DNA of 64,000 bases from Pseudovirgaria hyperparasitica (GCA_010093815.1 ML996567.1), one strand, 5' to 3'; shown: positions 37,391 to 52,120, numbered from the stretch's first letter. Translations and numbers: made by a program. Notes: generated by a model from the letters alone, not told the origin.

Positions 37391-40300
37391 TGGCCCCATG
37401 CACCCAGCTAGTAAAATTAGCTGACTTAGCCTTAAGCAACAAAGTACTCACCTCCAACCTCAGACCTGGCGCTGTGCAGCCTCAGGTGGGCTGCTCTTCC
37501 ACCCACTCTCGGCATCTTCCACCCGCCTGCGCGTCAACATCACCTCGCCCTCGACTTCGATGATCAACCACTTAATCAATATACACTATCTGTATGGACA
37601 CTGTTTCTCACATTGGAATTATCCAGGCTCCTATTGTCCGCTGTATCACACCATCTGACTTGCTACATCACATTATTCCTCCTGGGTGTGCTGTGCTAGC
37701 TGCTCAATATCTTATTGCATTGGAATAGCAGCCCTGACCACTGCCCCAGCCACAGCAATGTCTTTGTGCAATTTCACCGCTTCGACATCACATCCCACTA
37801 ATGATAGAATCGCATTCATCGGACGTTCTGTCTGGTCTGCTGTTTCTATTCTCGATCGCTGCACAAGTCGCAACATCCTGGCTAGCCGCGTGGCTTCTTG
37901 GCTTTTTTTCGCTCGTGTTTTCGCTTTCTACAGCGGACCGAGCGTCGGCTTCCTGACAGACGACAATCCTGCAGCCAAGCCGGGTTACATCTTCATCTCT
38001 GCTATTAATTACTACCCAACTGGATTCTCGTTCTCGTGTAGCCGCTCCGTGCAATCCTTCCGTACTGACAGCATCGACTGGATGCCGACCATCTATAGAT
38101 ACTCCATGACTCCTCTAACGCATCAAACAACAGGGGAAACGGTGACTACTCACATCTTTGCCTGAGCAGTCGGATCATTTCTATATGCCAATCTGGTAAG
38201 CCGCCAACCCGGGTCTTTAATACCCAAGAGCCAAGGCCAGGTCTCTGCCCGTACACGATAACAGACATGGCATGGTCAGAGAACTCGTTACTTGTAGGTT
38301 ATGGCGCTGTCTTGCAGGTCTCCTTGTCTTCGTCTTCAGACCCTTGGATCCCATAATCCGTCAATTTCGGGTATCTGTTTCGTCGTGCTCATTACTACAA
38401 ATTGGATCAATGAGCAGTCACACTGCTACTTTACATGCCTTAGGCACTACTTACGCAGACACCTTTGGAAGCAGCCTGGCCTCTACTTTTCTTCAATACA
38501 TCTATCATGATAACTGCAGCTATAGCGATCGCCAAAATAATAGTGATCAGGTGTAGTGGTAGTGTGCTGCTGACACAGCATGTCTGACTTTCCACTGCAA
38601 GGTTTCACCTGGGCAGTGTCCCGCATCAACGCACGCGATCACGGGTCCCAGTCTTCGAGATTACCATTTTTCTTACGTTCGGACAGAATTGCCTCGTCCG
38701 CCTACGATGCGAAGGTCTTTGTGCGGATCGTAAACTTTCTCTTTCGCCTTCTCCCACGGCGTAGTGCGAGATTCGTCCGAGGGTGGGCTCCATGGGTCAG
38801 ACATCCAATGCGCAGTGTTATTTTCACCTACAGCAAAGCACCTCGCGTTTACGATTTCCACCTCAAGGTAGCGGCAAGGGCATTTGCGCTCCGGTCATTC
38901 GCTCGTCTGACAGAATGAACTTGTTTTCGTGACGCCTCATCGGTAACTGCAGTTCTCAAAGCCCGATACAAATCGTGTTGCTCTAGGTGCGTGCCAAAAA
39001 CGACATAGTAGCATTGCACACCTCCGGGACTGTTTGTGATAACCCTGTACGGATCGACGGACGGCATGGCATCTGAAAACAGCGCTGTTACTCACGAATC
39101 AGAGCCTCAGAGTACAAAGTGGTGTCATCCAAATCCCGCACCCGGGAGTAACAAAAGGCCTTGACAGATCGTAATACGACACGGAGCCGGATAATGTCGA
39201 TGCCGATAGCTCGAAATCGAAGGACAGCACCCTGTCCTGCGGGAATCATCTTGACTTGAATCCTTAAAAGAAACCTCTTTAGGCCAACGCAATTTTGACC
39301 TGTCCAGCCTCATGATCAGGTTTCGTCAGTCACCGCTGGACTTCGATCTCTACCATCATGTTGTGTATTATATTGCGATCACTGGTCCTTGAACTCGTAA
39401 CGTATCCCTACCGCCCCATACGCGTAAAGTTTGGCTTGCATTCATGCATCATGTCAGTTGTCAGATCAGCCCCGTCTTAAGATATCACTGTCAGCCCTCG
39501 GTCACCGTCCTGCATGACTCATATATTACTTCCAGAAATTGAGATACTACCTTGATTGTCTCCGGGAAGCCACGATTTCATGGGAAAATTTCTGACCCAG
39601 CGGTTTGGGGCAAGCCAAGGAATGAGTACTCTTGTCTCCCGCAGCAAATGCAATACATACAATAAATTGATGCTAAGTCTCTGGTGCACTATTCATTGCG
39701 TCCCAACTACACAGATGCACAGCCCACTTACTCTTCGCCATGCCATGGAAAGGCCTCGATGCTCGAGAGTGCTCAGAATATAATGTCGTATCGAAAACTT
39801 TCTCAGAGGTCCTTGCACCTTGGTGCTATGATGATGGGTATAGTGATCTCCATTGTCACGTTGTCGTATTTCTGCAGTATACTCCTAGGCCTTCGCGAAG
39901 CCTCACCGGCTGAATTCCGTAAGCTTTCTTTCATAATACGTCCACCGACCACTGGGTTTAGTAGCTTTGCGTTCGTACTGTAAAAAACACATGAAATACC
40001 TAACCTCACCCCTAGCTCGAGCATGCGTATCGGCTGGCGAAGCGACCCATCCATGTTCCGACTTCTGTAGTGCATTTCTGACTGTGTTGGTGTAGCGGAA
40101 CAAATGCCACGGCACAGCCATGTACGCGTAACAACAGCTGTACATTGATAGTAAGAGCGACGCTCTGCCGTCTCCCATACCAGACGCTTTCTGGTTTGTG
40201 GTGCGAGAGCTACATCCATATAAGGCTAGAGAAACTGCTTCGTCAGCTTCGTCAGCATAGGTCGTCGCTCGCTTTCAACGCCAATCGGACGGTCTCAGCC

Positions 40301-41179
40301 TGTTGGTACTGTGTAATCTTCTGTCGAATCAATTTTTGGAATCTCACTGGCTTGGGTTGGCCGTATATAGCAAGTTTACGCTTTAAACCGCGGTATCAGT
40401 GTCGCTCAGGGTGAAGAGATATTGATGAGCTCATCCTTCGAGGGCAGAAGTCACGGCGAACGTACGAATTAATTGCTTAATTCTACAAGTGTGCCTTTCA
40501 ACAGAGCAGGACCTTGTCTCTCGAAACAACCTACGGCCAACGGTTGAGTCGAAAGGAATATACTGGTACGATTCCATATTCTATAGCGGTTCTATTCGAA
40601 CTAATCAGCCTCTGACACCTCGGTGTCCTCTATGAATCATAATGCGCGTCCGTCTCTCGCATCCAAGCTTCGAGCCGGGTAGGGTTGTGAGGTTGTCATA
40701 CTCGGTCCGTATATTAATCTTACGAGAATGGAAACGCTGCGAGGTAATGTAGATCTGCCGCTGACAAGAGCAGTGAGTTGCATGTCACTGAATGGCATTT
40801 TTGTCATTATGAAGGAGAAAACTAGCCACAGGAACGAGCCGATGGGCCATTCAGTGAACCTCAAAGTGAATCATAAACATTGATATATATGAACTTGCTG
40901 AGATGCGTCATGAAGCCAATAAAAGAGTATGAAACTGCTCTGACGACGCTCCAACGATGACACACGGTATTGGTGAAACTGATGCCTTAGGCCAAGGTCA
41001 CCAGTGGGGCTCTAATGTTCAGCCCTACGGAGCTCAACGACTCCACCCAAAAATGACAGCTTGCGTAACGCATATTACAAGCTCAGGCAGCACCACTTTC
41101 TCTACACAACATTGACGTGCGCAATGCTGTGGAAAAGAGCGAGACTAATGCGACAAAAGCTCCATTGCGCTGTTTAACC

Positions 41180-44100
41180 ATGACGCTTGAACCAGGTCGC
41201 CGCCCAGTCTCCCCAGTAAGCTCTGGGAGATCATCACCAGTACCACGGGTACTGCGCAGAGAAGCGGAAGAGGGTATGTAGGTGACATGAGCTACATCTG
41301 GTACTACAAGTCACTAACTCAACTCTCCGTCAGGATTGTACAAGAAAGATAAGAACCTGCGTCGATATGCGCAAGGTATCGAACGTGCACTGTCCTTCTT
41401 CGAGACGCCTCAGCAAGAGTGGGCCGACTACATCTCATTTCTCGCACGCCTCTTGAAGGTTTGTAATCCCCTTAAATCCATGCGCTCAAGAGTACGACAG
41501 ACGAGGCTCACCAAGACTAGGCAGTTCAATCGTATACTGGTGAAGTCGATGCCATTCCGTACAGCCCGACTATTGCAACGCGTCTCGCACAATGTATGAA
41601 CCCAACGCTGCCATCTGGTGTGCATCAGAAAGCACTGGACGTATACAACCAGATCTTCGAGATCTTAGGGGTCCGTCTGCTCTTATAACGACTTTGCTAA
41701 GAGCAGCCCCAAACTCACATGTCACCAGAAAGACTCACTAAGTCGAGACCTCAACCTCTATTTCCCGGGCTTGGCCGCCTTGCCATCGTTTGCTTCACTC
41801 ACTGTCAGACCTCTATTCATATCTCTCGTCGAGTCCCATATCCTCACTCTGAATCCCGAGGCTCTTCGACCGGCCCTTAAGTCTATCATACTCTGTCTAT
41901 TGCCTGGACTGGAAGAAGAGACAAGTGACGATTTCGAGCGGATTCTTAAAGTTCTAGACCACCTGGGTTCTGCTGTAAAGTTACAGAAAGAGACAGATGC
42001 GGCTGAAGAGGAGGCCAAGGATCCTTATTTCTGGCAATGTTTTTTCCTTGCCGTGATCACGAATCCTCCCCGGAGACATGGTGCTTTAGCATATCTCAAC
42101 CGATATCTACCGAAATTCGACTTGCCAGGGTCTAAGGGATCCAAGGTCCCTACTGCAAATGGTGCGATCGCCATGCCACTGGAAGCCCAGGCAGCGGTCA
42201 CTCCGGAGCCTGGGCTAATGATTCGATGTTTCGCTGCAGGTTTAACAGACGATCAAATACTCATTCAGAGAGGCTTCTTGGATCTTCTTGTGTCCAAGCT
42301 GCCGCTTGATTCCCCGGTTATACAAAAAAGTGGAAACAGGACGACCAAAGACCAGACAGATCTAGAGCTCTTGGTTTCCGCTGCTGTTGGAGTCGTCACA
42401 CGTCGAGATATGAGTCTGAACCGACGGCTATGGTCATGGTTCCTGGGGCCAGAACCAACACAGGGAAGTGAGGAAGTCAGTGAGATTGACGCTAATCAGG
42501 TCTCGTCTCAGACTGCAGTATACTTCGAAGCGTATGGGCTTGAGCCACTTACGCAAAGTATTCTTGCCATGGTCAAGAAAGATTCGGCATTGCCATCCGT
42601 ACGCGCGAGACCTTTTCGCATATGCTTGTCGCTTATGGATCGCTGGGAGGTGGGTGGTCTTGTCGTGCCGAAGATATTCATCCCTGCCTTACAGAGCGTA
42701 GAGCGATATAGCCATATTGCAAGTAAAGACGATGTCGACGAAGTCATGCGAAGTGCGAGTTTGTTCTTTGACGGCGTTGAAAGTGGACTCATTTGGAGTA
42801 AATTTCTTGAGTTACTGGTTCTCACGCTGAGGACCGACTCATCTGCAGGCGACGAAGCTAGTCAGAAACTCAAACTCGCCCGTTTTATCCTCAGCCGCTT
42901 CAACGTTCGCGAAGAAGAGATGATCCTCCATCACATGCCTCTCATCATAATTGCTGTGTTGATATTGGTCATCCAATACATCGGTCAAGGCATAGAAAGT
43001 CGGTTCTACAATTCAGAAGTGTCAATTAAGGTCCTTGAATTTGCAGAATGGCTAGTACAGCATCTGCCAGACAGAGCATTACGATCACATACGCAAGAAC
43101 GAACGAAGCCTACGTCTGTGCGAACCACGAAAGATATCTTTAACGCGATTAGCAAATTTTATTTCGACCCTGAACTACAAGGAAATTTGGACGTTCAGAA
43201 TACCCCTCTTTCTATCGACGAACTCGCACATCACTCAACTTCCTTGGCCGGCACATTGTTCTCCTCTTTTCTATCAGATGATCGCTCTGGAGACATGCTT
43301 GAAACGACGTCGAAAATTCTCTCTACCCTGCTTCAGAAGTCACAAAAATTTGAGGGTTTGAACAGTATGAACTTACTGGCTAATCTTCATAAGGCCCTTG
43401 AGTCGATCAACACCTCACCACTCGACTCGAACATGCCATATAAATCTGTCTTGGCGATGACCACTGTCCTGATCCCGCTCCAATCTGCTAGTCCGACGAA
43501 ACCATTCATTGACGATGCGCATTTCCCTGATTTGCTTCAGCCCATGGTCAAGCTCCTATGGCACTATCTTTCTCCATGTACACCTAAATACCACGTCGAG
43601 TGTGTGAGATGTCTTTGGCAACTCCACACCTTATCATCCTCGAGTAGAATAGTTGAAGCGTCTATTACTGCATTGATGGCTCCTGACGTATCAGGCTCGC
43701 CGAAAGAGGGTTCTTCTGAAGCTGGAAGGCGCTTTACCATCATCTGGACTCATTTTATCAATGAGCGAAGTCAGAAGCATGTTGAAAGAGGAAGCCGCCC
43801 CGTCTCAAGATCGAACAGCTCGGTCGGTGTCGATTGCACGACGCTGAACAGCCTTGGCATCCAAGCCGTTCTCACAAGACCCTTATTTCGAATACTAGAT
43901 GCTCTTGACGAAAACGGTTCAGAGCTTCAGCTTTTTGTCAAAAACTGGCTTCAGGATCTACCAAGCTTGAACAAGGTGTTCGACATCATATGTGCACATT
44001 TGCGTTCCCTCAATACTCTAAAGAGGAAAAGTACAAATCTACAGTCAACGCCAGTCTCGCAGGGGTTACAAACCGGAACAGCTGTCGTTACAGACATAAA

Positions 44101-47030
44101 GGAATGCTTGTATCAGCTGAGGCTGATTCACGGCATTCTTGGTCTGTCCTCGAGTAGGATATGGAGAACTCTCAATGACGAGAAAGTTCCACCATTAGAC
44201 ACTACGCATGCGAATGCCGAGGTGGTGACACTGCAAGTCTTCATTGTTCAAGCCGCCATGAGAGCTCTTGCCGTCTCCCCGCCACGGAAGGCCGCGGGTG
44301 CTGTGTATCTCACGAGTGAACTCCATCGCACCTCTATGGCCGTGCTTCAGCAGGTCCTTAGAGGTCCTTATGCTGCTCCTTTGAGGGAGTTCGAATTGGA
44401 GATACCTTTGATGTCACTCGTGCGGATATCCCCACCTGCGCTACAATCGATGATCCTGCACACTATAGTTTCTGCTTTGAAGCTTCGTAGTTTGAAGCCA
44501 GAGTCAGTGACAGAAGACCAAGGAAGAAAAGCATCGCGAGATCTCTCCAGTACATTAAGGCGTCTATCAGTATCTCAGGATCGTAGTGAACCAACTGTGT
44601 CATCGACACCACCGCCTCAGCTCATTGAGTGTCTGAAATTGGGATTCGCGTCGCCTTCGAGTCGTTTGATACTTGATGACTGGGTGCGATTCCTTGCCGA
44701 AGTTCTCCCAATGTTCGAAGACACCATGTATCAAAACCTTTTACCGCTGGTAGAGAGCTTCTGTGGTCAGATCGAGGAAGTCTTCGCCCAGCTGCGGACT
44801 ACTTATAAGAATTCGCAACACACCTCACAGGTATCACCAGATACAACAATCATATCTCTCTTAGATGGGCTCGAGCAAATTCTCGAGAAGGCCCATAGCC
44901 GACTGACAGACGAGGAGTCTCGCCCCGCCACAGCGAAGAGTCCCGAGATGCAACAAGGGTTCTTTGGCAGCGTTGCCGGGGTCTTCTCTTCCGACTCTAC
45001 ACCACAAGCTAGATCATCTGTTGCGAACAGTCGGCTCACGGTGATTCTCTGCTTCCAAGACACTGTACGTCTCTGTTTTTCGATATGGTCATGGAACGGG
45101 TATAGCTACGGTGAAGGCAAACCTGATCCCGGGTCTTATGCCAGCTTTTTGTACGCCTCACTCAGGCTAAGGAATCGAGCCAGAAGGATTCTCGAGCATC
45201 TGTTTGCAGCCGAGGGCTTAGAGTCTCTTGAGACTCTAGCTGTTGTGTGGTGCCAGTCATCTCGCACAGAAACACGTGCTGAGGCAGTACTTGGTTTGTT
45301 GAACGTTCTAAATGGAGCAAAACCGAAGCACACCATACCAGCAATCTTCAATGCTATTTACAGCCGGACGAGTCCTGGAGCCCTTGAGTTTTCCAGAACC
45401 TCCTCTCTGTCCTCTGAACTCTCCGATACGGATCTTGTGGCATTTCTTGTCGAGTATACAAGATCCCTGGAAGATGATGCGATGGACGAAATCTGGCCAG
45501 ATTGTACGACTTTCTTGAAGGATCTCTTGACAAATCCTATGCCTCATCGACAGATACTGCCGTTGCTACTCGAATGGGTTGCTCTCCTCGCGCAGAAGGT
45601 GGACAACACAAACTTCGGTGAACAAAAGAAGATGAGGAAAGAGCTTGGGGTATTTTCATCAAACCTATTGTCATACTAACTCTTGCTGACCGTCACAGGA
45701 ACTTTTCACGCGCCTCCTAGCGGCTACATTTACTACGCGGCCCCAGAGTTTCTTGCAGGATCTATCGCAGATGGGTGTGCAAGACAAAGATACAGAGTCC
45801 GCAGCAAACATTCGTACGAAAAGAGCTACAGATGTCGTTGCAATTCTTGCAGATATCGTCCCTGACTTCTCCATCATCTTGCTGGACAATGATCGTATCA
45901 TGAATGTCGCCACGGCAATATCCACAAATCTCGTCGGACCCGCGGTTCGCGCGAAGTCATTTCCCTCGAACATTTCCAGCACGATGTTGAATCTAACTCA
46001 CCGACTTTCGAGAGTCGCCACTTCTTCGAAAGCCCTCAAAAAAGATATAACAGATGCATTCAACGACGCCCGATTTTTTTCTTTCTCTGAAACTGTGATG
46101 AAGAATCACTGGCTTGAAATTCTCAGACAGTGGTCATTCACCGATAAAGAACGGATGCCTGAGCTGCTTTCTCGTATCTCAGCTCCTGCAACTGCTGGTA
46201 TCATGTTTGGCGTTGGAGCTGCTTCAGCTCGTCTCGAGGCTGATCGCAAGACTCAGTTCAATCTTCGTCGCATCGCACTCCTCATACTCTCGAGTGTAGA
46301 TGACAACTTTGTCCCCATTCTACCAATTCTACAAGATCGGATTGTAGATTTACTTGCAGCGACGCCATCATCTTCTCCATCATCTGCTACTCGTGCTGAA
46401 ATCTTCATGGTTCTCCGCGCTCTCGTCCTTAAGACTTCCGCTATCTCCTTAGCTTCTCTCTGGCCTGTGATAAATTCCGAGCTGACAGCCTCCATATCTG
46501 CCGTTGTCCCAGATGACGAAAGTCATGATAGATACAACAATCACTCTATCCTCATGGCCTGCAAACTCCTTGACACTCTAGTTATACTGGATCCCGAGGA
46601 CTTCCAGCTTCACGAATGGTTGTATATTACTGACACCATTGACGGCCGCTACGGTCCCGCAGACTCTGCTCCGACCGCTCTTGTTGAAGCCGTTGCGGAT
46701 ACTCTTGCTGATACAACATCCTACGCACCACTCTCAGAATCTCATGATGATGACTTGGACAAAGAACCAATTCTAGGTCAGTCTAAGCTCGAGGCGATCC
46801 TGAACAGCGTCAAAGCCGATGCGAAGATGAATGGACTTGCGGGAACTGAAACAGATGTGACTACACTCTCTAGGGAGGAATTCACAGCGAGGGTGCTGAG
46901 ACCATTCTTTGGTGAATTGAGTCTATGGGCTTTTGATCAGAGATATGCGATGAGATCGAGCGAGAAAGAAAGGATGGTGGATGGATTGATTGCGGATTTG
47001 TGTGGCGGTGGCATCGTTGGGGGTGAATAG
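41180..47030 (+). CDS. DOP1: Dopey family trafficking/morphogenesis protein (exons 41180-41273, 41334-41458, 41521-41670, 41729-45649, 45699-47030)
   Basis: Dopey_N motifs [66 protein letters not shown]-terminal [11 protein letters not shown] and WPVINSEL. Confidence 0.95.
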
Positions 47031-47488
47031 GTTCAAGTACAAGCAATCACATAAATCCAGTTTGTCAGACTGGTTCTCGCTACAAGGGCTTTTTCGAACG
47101 ACTTAAGCCCTGTACATGTGCTCGATCTGTTTACAAAACACATATTAAACAGATGCACCTTGATGCGCTACATCCAGCTGGCAATCAGATGCGCTTCAAT
47201 TTCTACTCGATTCGATTGATGGTGCCACCAGAATGTTGCTCCTGACACAAACGACGGGACGCCTTAAACCATGGTGGTGAAAATAGTACTTAAGCGCGAT
47301 GTCTTAACTCCGCTACAGTCTCTTTGCCCTATTTCCGTCAACAGGCCAGCTCCACAGACGTCATTGTCACCTATAGCATTCTGCGCCAATGTTTTAACGT
47401 ATCACAGCGATATAAAGATACACACGAAGCACACTGATATTTTCGACGTCTTCCTATACCAGACTTTGCATCACAGAAAATATCTACG

Positions 47489-48476
47489 ATGTCTCGGACA
47501 CAAACTTGGCTCATCACAGGCGCATCTTCAGGCTTCGGCCAGTCGATCGGTATCGCAGCCTTGAATGCAGGACAGAGAGTAGTCGGAGCGACCCGTGATG
47601 TCGTCATGGCAAAACACTGTAATCCAGAATTTGCTGCGAAAGGCGGCATGTGGACGCGGTTAGATCCTGGACACCCAGAATCGCTTGCACACTTTGCTAA
47701 GGCGCAGGAAGAGTTTGACGTCGATGTCTTGGTGAACTGTGCGGGTTATGCGTTCATTGGTGGTGTAGAGGATACGAGGTCTGCTATTGTCGTATAATCA
47801 CCAGCCAGGATCCATATCACTGACGATTCCAGCGAGCAAGAGATCCGCCATCAGATGGAGGTCAATTTCTACGGACCCATCCGTGCAATCAAAGCTGTTC
47901 TCCCAGCCATGCGCAGGAAGAAGCGTGGCCACATCGTCCTGATCAGTTCCGGCGCTGGGTACGTTTCTACGCCATGCTCATGCAAATAATAGACATCCAT
48001 TTGACTAGGACAGCTTCATCGCCCGCCCTGGCCGCGGCGTCTACTCCGCAAGCAAATACGCCATTGAAGCCATCCACGAATCTCTCATGCACGAGACGCA
48101 CTCGCTCGGCATCAAAACCCTCATCGTCGAGCCTGGTGCGTTTCGCACCGCCTTTTCTACCCGTCTCGTCACGCCTGCTGCGCACGAAAGCACAGGCGGT
48201 TACAGCGAGGCCTATAGGGGCACAAAGCTGGAGGCCATGCTACAGATGATGCATGGGAAAGATGGAGTGCCGCCGGAGAACTTGGCCAAGGGCGATCCGG
48301 ATAAGGCGGCCAAGGCAATTGTGGACGCTGTCTTGGGTGGGCATGAGTACTTGAGGTTGATTCTCGGGCCCGATTGTGTTAAGGCCATGGAGGATAAGAT
48401 TGGTGAGTTTCAGAGGGATCTGGAGTTGACGAGAGAGGTTAGTATGGGTACGGATGTGGTTGCGATGAAAGCATGA
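47489..48476 (+). CDS. Short-chain dehydrogenase/reductase (introns 47779-47832, 47959-48013)
   Basis: WLITGASSGFG, VLVNCAG, EVNFYG, YSASK catalytic motif after splicing, IVEPGAFRT, GDPDKAA. Confidence 0.92.
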
Positions 48477-49322
48477 AAAAGAAAAGTGAGGATGTGATCT
48501 TTGGTGCTTGGGAAATTGTGGTCCGGGCGTGATGTTCACTGGGCCAAGACTGCTGGGTAGAACAGTTGGGGGATGATTAGGTGTGAGATCACATGTCTAT
48601 CTCGCTCCCTGAAAGATATCATTATGTGCATCTAACAAAAAACTACCAGGAAGCAGAGGCTAGACGAAAGCTTACGGGGATTGGCTCAAGACATCGCGTC
48701 GTTTTTCTATAACAAGTAATAGAACAGGGCTCGCCTGCCTGCTTATGCTACATACCTTGTCCGCGACATGTCTGACGCCCCACCATATGTTGCACAGCAT
48801 GAATTATCTACCAACAGCATACCGCTGTAGCTAATAACACTCGTTTACAGGCTGACGAGGAGCCTCATAGGACAAAATGAATGATCACACGAAGCTGAGC
48901 CAGGCGCTTACTGCATCCGGGGAGCTCGAGAGGCTGACCAGTCTGTTGAAACGGATATAGCCACCAACTCAGCAAAGCTCCAGCAACAGTCAGCCGCAAT
49001 GCAAGGTAATAATTATGGATGCGCACTCTAAAAAGATCAAACATGAATCAAACTGCGCTTGACCATTAATCTCAGAAATAGACGCTCCTTGACAGACTGT
49101 GTCGCCTGGGTTCTTCAGCCACTGTTATTCATTAAGCCTACACCACCATCCTCGAATACTTGCCAGGATAGTACTACATCAATATGAACCCTTCCACTAT
49201 CAGAGTCCTTGTTTGCGCAAATCAACATCACTACTTCTGTGTCACCTACGCGCAGATGAGACCTACTGTATTCCGGGTCACTGTTTACTACTCCAAATTC
49301 ATATCTTGCTTTGATTGCATAC

Positions 49323-51575
49323 ATGTCCTCTCAGTCAAACGGTCATCAGATTCCTCTACTGCCATTAGAGCAGGTTGAAGATACCTACACGAACTCTCTA
49401 CTGCAAAGTTCTTACTCTGACGATGTGTCTCTGAAACATTCCAAGGACTTAGGTCCGTATGCCCCAGTGATCGGGAGACTACCACGATGGGAGGTGACAG
49501 TGCATGTATTTGCCATATGTGCCACCGTTTCTGTTGTGTGGCCTAGCTTCAAGGAGCAGTACTGGCAGGACATTGGTCACTGGAGCCCTGAACTCCAAAA
49601 TAACATTATGAAGGGGCTTCAAGTAGTGTCCAAGCTACATGAGATCATAATGGTGGCCTCGCTGGGCCACATTGTCCTTCACTATACTCGGAGGCTCCTT
49701 GTGGGCACGAGAGGTGTCCCATTGGGCCTTTTGGGGCCGTCTTATGTCGCTGGGTCTCCCTCCACACTTTTCCGGCGGTCTTTCTGGCGATGCTTTCGAG
49801 GAAAACATCTGCTATTTACGCTCCTGTTGATGTCGACATCTATACTTGTTCTGTTCCTCGGTCCCTCCTCAGCTGCCACTATGATTCCATCGCTGGACTG
49901 GTACTCGGCTGAAGGAGCACTACCAAAGGATCCAGAGGTCTACTTCATGGACATATCAAATTTGACTACGGCAGCCGAACAAATATGGCCCCAAAAGCTA
50001 TCAACGACTCAACTCAGTCCTTATCAGAGGAGATCATGTCAGCCGGAATCTAATGTTATGGAGGCTCTGCTGGGACCGATATGCCCTTTCTCTGGGATAT
50101 ACAGCATAATACTATGGTTTGGAGCATGGAAATTGAGTGGCGCTCAGGATGTGCTTGTCGTCAAAGATTGGTCCAATAACGCACAGCGCCTGGTCATCGG
50201 TGAAGTCCTTCCTTCGGTACAGGACGGGAATGATGTTGCGAAAGGTGCGATCGCGACCGCAATACCGGAATTTCTGCTTACTGCAATATCTGGATATTGG
50301 GAATATTTGTCGCGGCGTAAACTTGGGAAGTTGGATCATATCAAGATGCCACAACTTCGTTTCGACGACGATATCGCACTTTACCAGCCACTGGTACATG
50401 TGAGCTGCACCATGACGCACCTCTCTCCAGACCTTGGGAACGTCACGTTTCCAAACCTTGTAGGTAGTCCTTGGGGCGATGCCAATCCCGATTTTGGAAG
50501 AGTCTCTCTTGATGTGGGAGCGAGCACTTGGCAGAGTATATCCCGTGTGAATACGACATTTGACTGGTACAAAGATCCGAACACAACCGCACAGTCATCA
50601 TTGTTAGCATTGTCTAAGGTACCGGTGACTGATGTGCATGAAAATGGTACGACATTCCAGTCTCTGGCAATCGTTCCGTGTAGCATTGATGCACGATGGG
50701 CAGCCTCAGGCATTAGATATCAGCCTTGGAACTCCAGCATTGTCTCAAGCAATGTCAGTAATAACGCATTCCTTGGTTCCGAAGTATTCACAAAGCCTCC
50801 AAGAGCTTCGTCAAAGCGAGTCAGGGAGCGATATGGCATATCTGATCGGCCGATTGATCTACAGCTTGACTGGGCCCAGATGCTCAACTTTAACACATCA
50901 ATGATTGACGGCGAAAACCAGTTGAACGCTACCACCATGAGTCAACTTCTATCCATTGGATTGAATGAACTCAACAACTACACTATCTTTCAGATGCCTA
51001 GTACGACGGACAACGACTCGGACGGAGTCATCAAAGAAACAGTGGCTCGTCTGCTTGGCTTTGTCGTCGCAGATTCAATATCGAGAACAATTCATTCGGG
51101 AATGGCACTCGCAGTAAGCGTTAACGACGGCAATGACACCTCAGAGGTCTTTGACACTCTGCGTGCTCCTGCGCAGAACTCAACCCGGGATTTCACCACT
51201 CTCTTCCGCTCCAGGCCAAACGCCGCTGTGCTGAAACTGCGCTTTGCCGTCGATCGCTATGGCTATGGATACTCTCTACGCAGCACCTCTACGAGAGCGG
51301 CCATTGCATGTCTGTTTCTTTTCAGCATCCTTGTGTTGGCTCACTCGCTGTACATGTTTGCGTCACGCGCTCGCGCAACATTGGTTTATTGCAGGTCGTG
51401 GGGGGATATTGGCGAGCTAGTGGCTCTCGCAGCGAGCTCTGCACCTTCGTCGGTGGCGTACGGTTCAGGTTCTGGAATGAGTTATGGCGAGACTGGGAGG
51501 AATGTTGTGTCGAGAATTCGAATGGCTGATAGCACTCATGACGAACCACAATTTGTCTTGGAGAGTAGTGTCTGA
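49323..51575 (+). CDS. Fungal multi-pass membrane protein of unknown function with a large glycosylated loop
   Basis: 750-aa single ORF; N-terminal hydrophobic segments, many NxS/T sites, CSIDARW, RYGYGY followed by a TM helix. Confidence 0.8.
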   Translation: MSSQSNGHQIPLLPLEQVEDTYTNSLLQSSYSDDVSLKHSKDLGPYAPVIGRLPRWEVTVHVFAICATVSVVWPSFKEQYWQDIGHWSPELQNNIMKGLQVVSKLHEIIMVASLGHIVLHYTRRLLVGTRGVPLGLLGPSYVAGSPSTLFRRSFWRCFRGKHLLFTLLLMSTSILVLFLGPSSAATMIPSLDWYSAEGALPKDPEVYFMDISNLTTAAEQIWPQKLSTTQLSPYQRRSCQPESNVMEALLGPICPFSGIYSIILWFGAWKLSGAQDVLVVKDWSNNAQRLVIGEVLPSVQDGNDVAKGAIATAIPEFLLTAISGYWEYLSRRKLGKLDHIKMPQLRFDDDIALYQPLVHVSCTMTHLSPDLGNVTFPNLVGSPWGDANPDFGRVSLDVGASTWQSISRVNTTFDWYKDPNTTAQSSLLALSKVPVTDVHENGTTFQSLAIVPCSIDARWAASGIRYQPWNSSIVSSNVSNNAFLGSEVFTKPPRASSKRVRERYGISDRPIDLQLDWAQMLNFNTSMIDGENQLNATTMSQLLSIGLNELNNYTIFQMPSTTDNDSDGVIKETVARLLGFVVADSISRTIHSGMALAVSVNDGNDTSEVFDTLRAPAQNSTRDFTTLFRSRPNAAVLKLRFAVDRYGYGYSLRSTSTRAAIACLFLFSILVLAHSLYMFASRARATLVYCRSWGDIGELVALAASSAPSSVAYGSGSGMSYGETGRNVVSRIRMADSTHDEPQFVLESSV

Positions 51576-52120
51576 ATTTATTGTAGCAATTGAGCTGTCT
51601 GGTGTCTTGAGTTTGTCCTGTAATCTTTGTGTCCATCTCTTCACCACGTCTCGTATCTGGTCGAAGATCTTCCCATTGGACGTGGTAGATAGTCTAGTCA
51701 CCTATCTGATGATGAAGATCGAAGAATCTGCGTGTTTCTCGTGACCCTGAGACTGAGGCAAAACATAAAACCATGTTGGGTTAGCGTGGTATTTAGAGGG
51801 AAGCCCTAGGTATATTAAACGTCCCAAGACTAGAAGGTGTTTTAGACAGCGCGTCATAAGTGTTTCCATGATTTCACCATCAAAGATGATAATGGCAAGT
51901 GGTTTCCGTAGGTCGGCTAACGGTCGCCGAGTAATAGTTTCGTGTGAAGAAATGTGTTTGTCCCCCAGCCTCCGCACTGGGAGCGGCCTTTTCCCCGCAT
52001 AACAAGGTTCTCACCGAGTCACGAGTCCACAACTTTCAAGTCTGTCATACGCAGAAAATAAGAACATCAGCAAACACCAAACATACAACTTCTTCGACTA
52101 CCCATACAATCACATCAACA

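Noticed and set aside
51944..52120. N-terminal extensions in the ORF track for the SDR (also TRM10, MTQ2, NDUFA13)
   Set aside because: They begin at TTG/GTG, while family-typical starts are the downstream ATGs. No evidence for non-AUG initiation.
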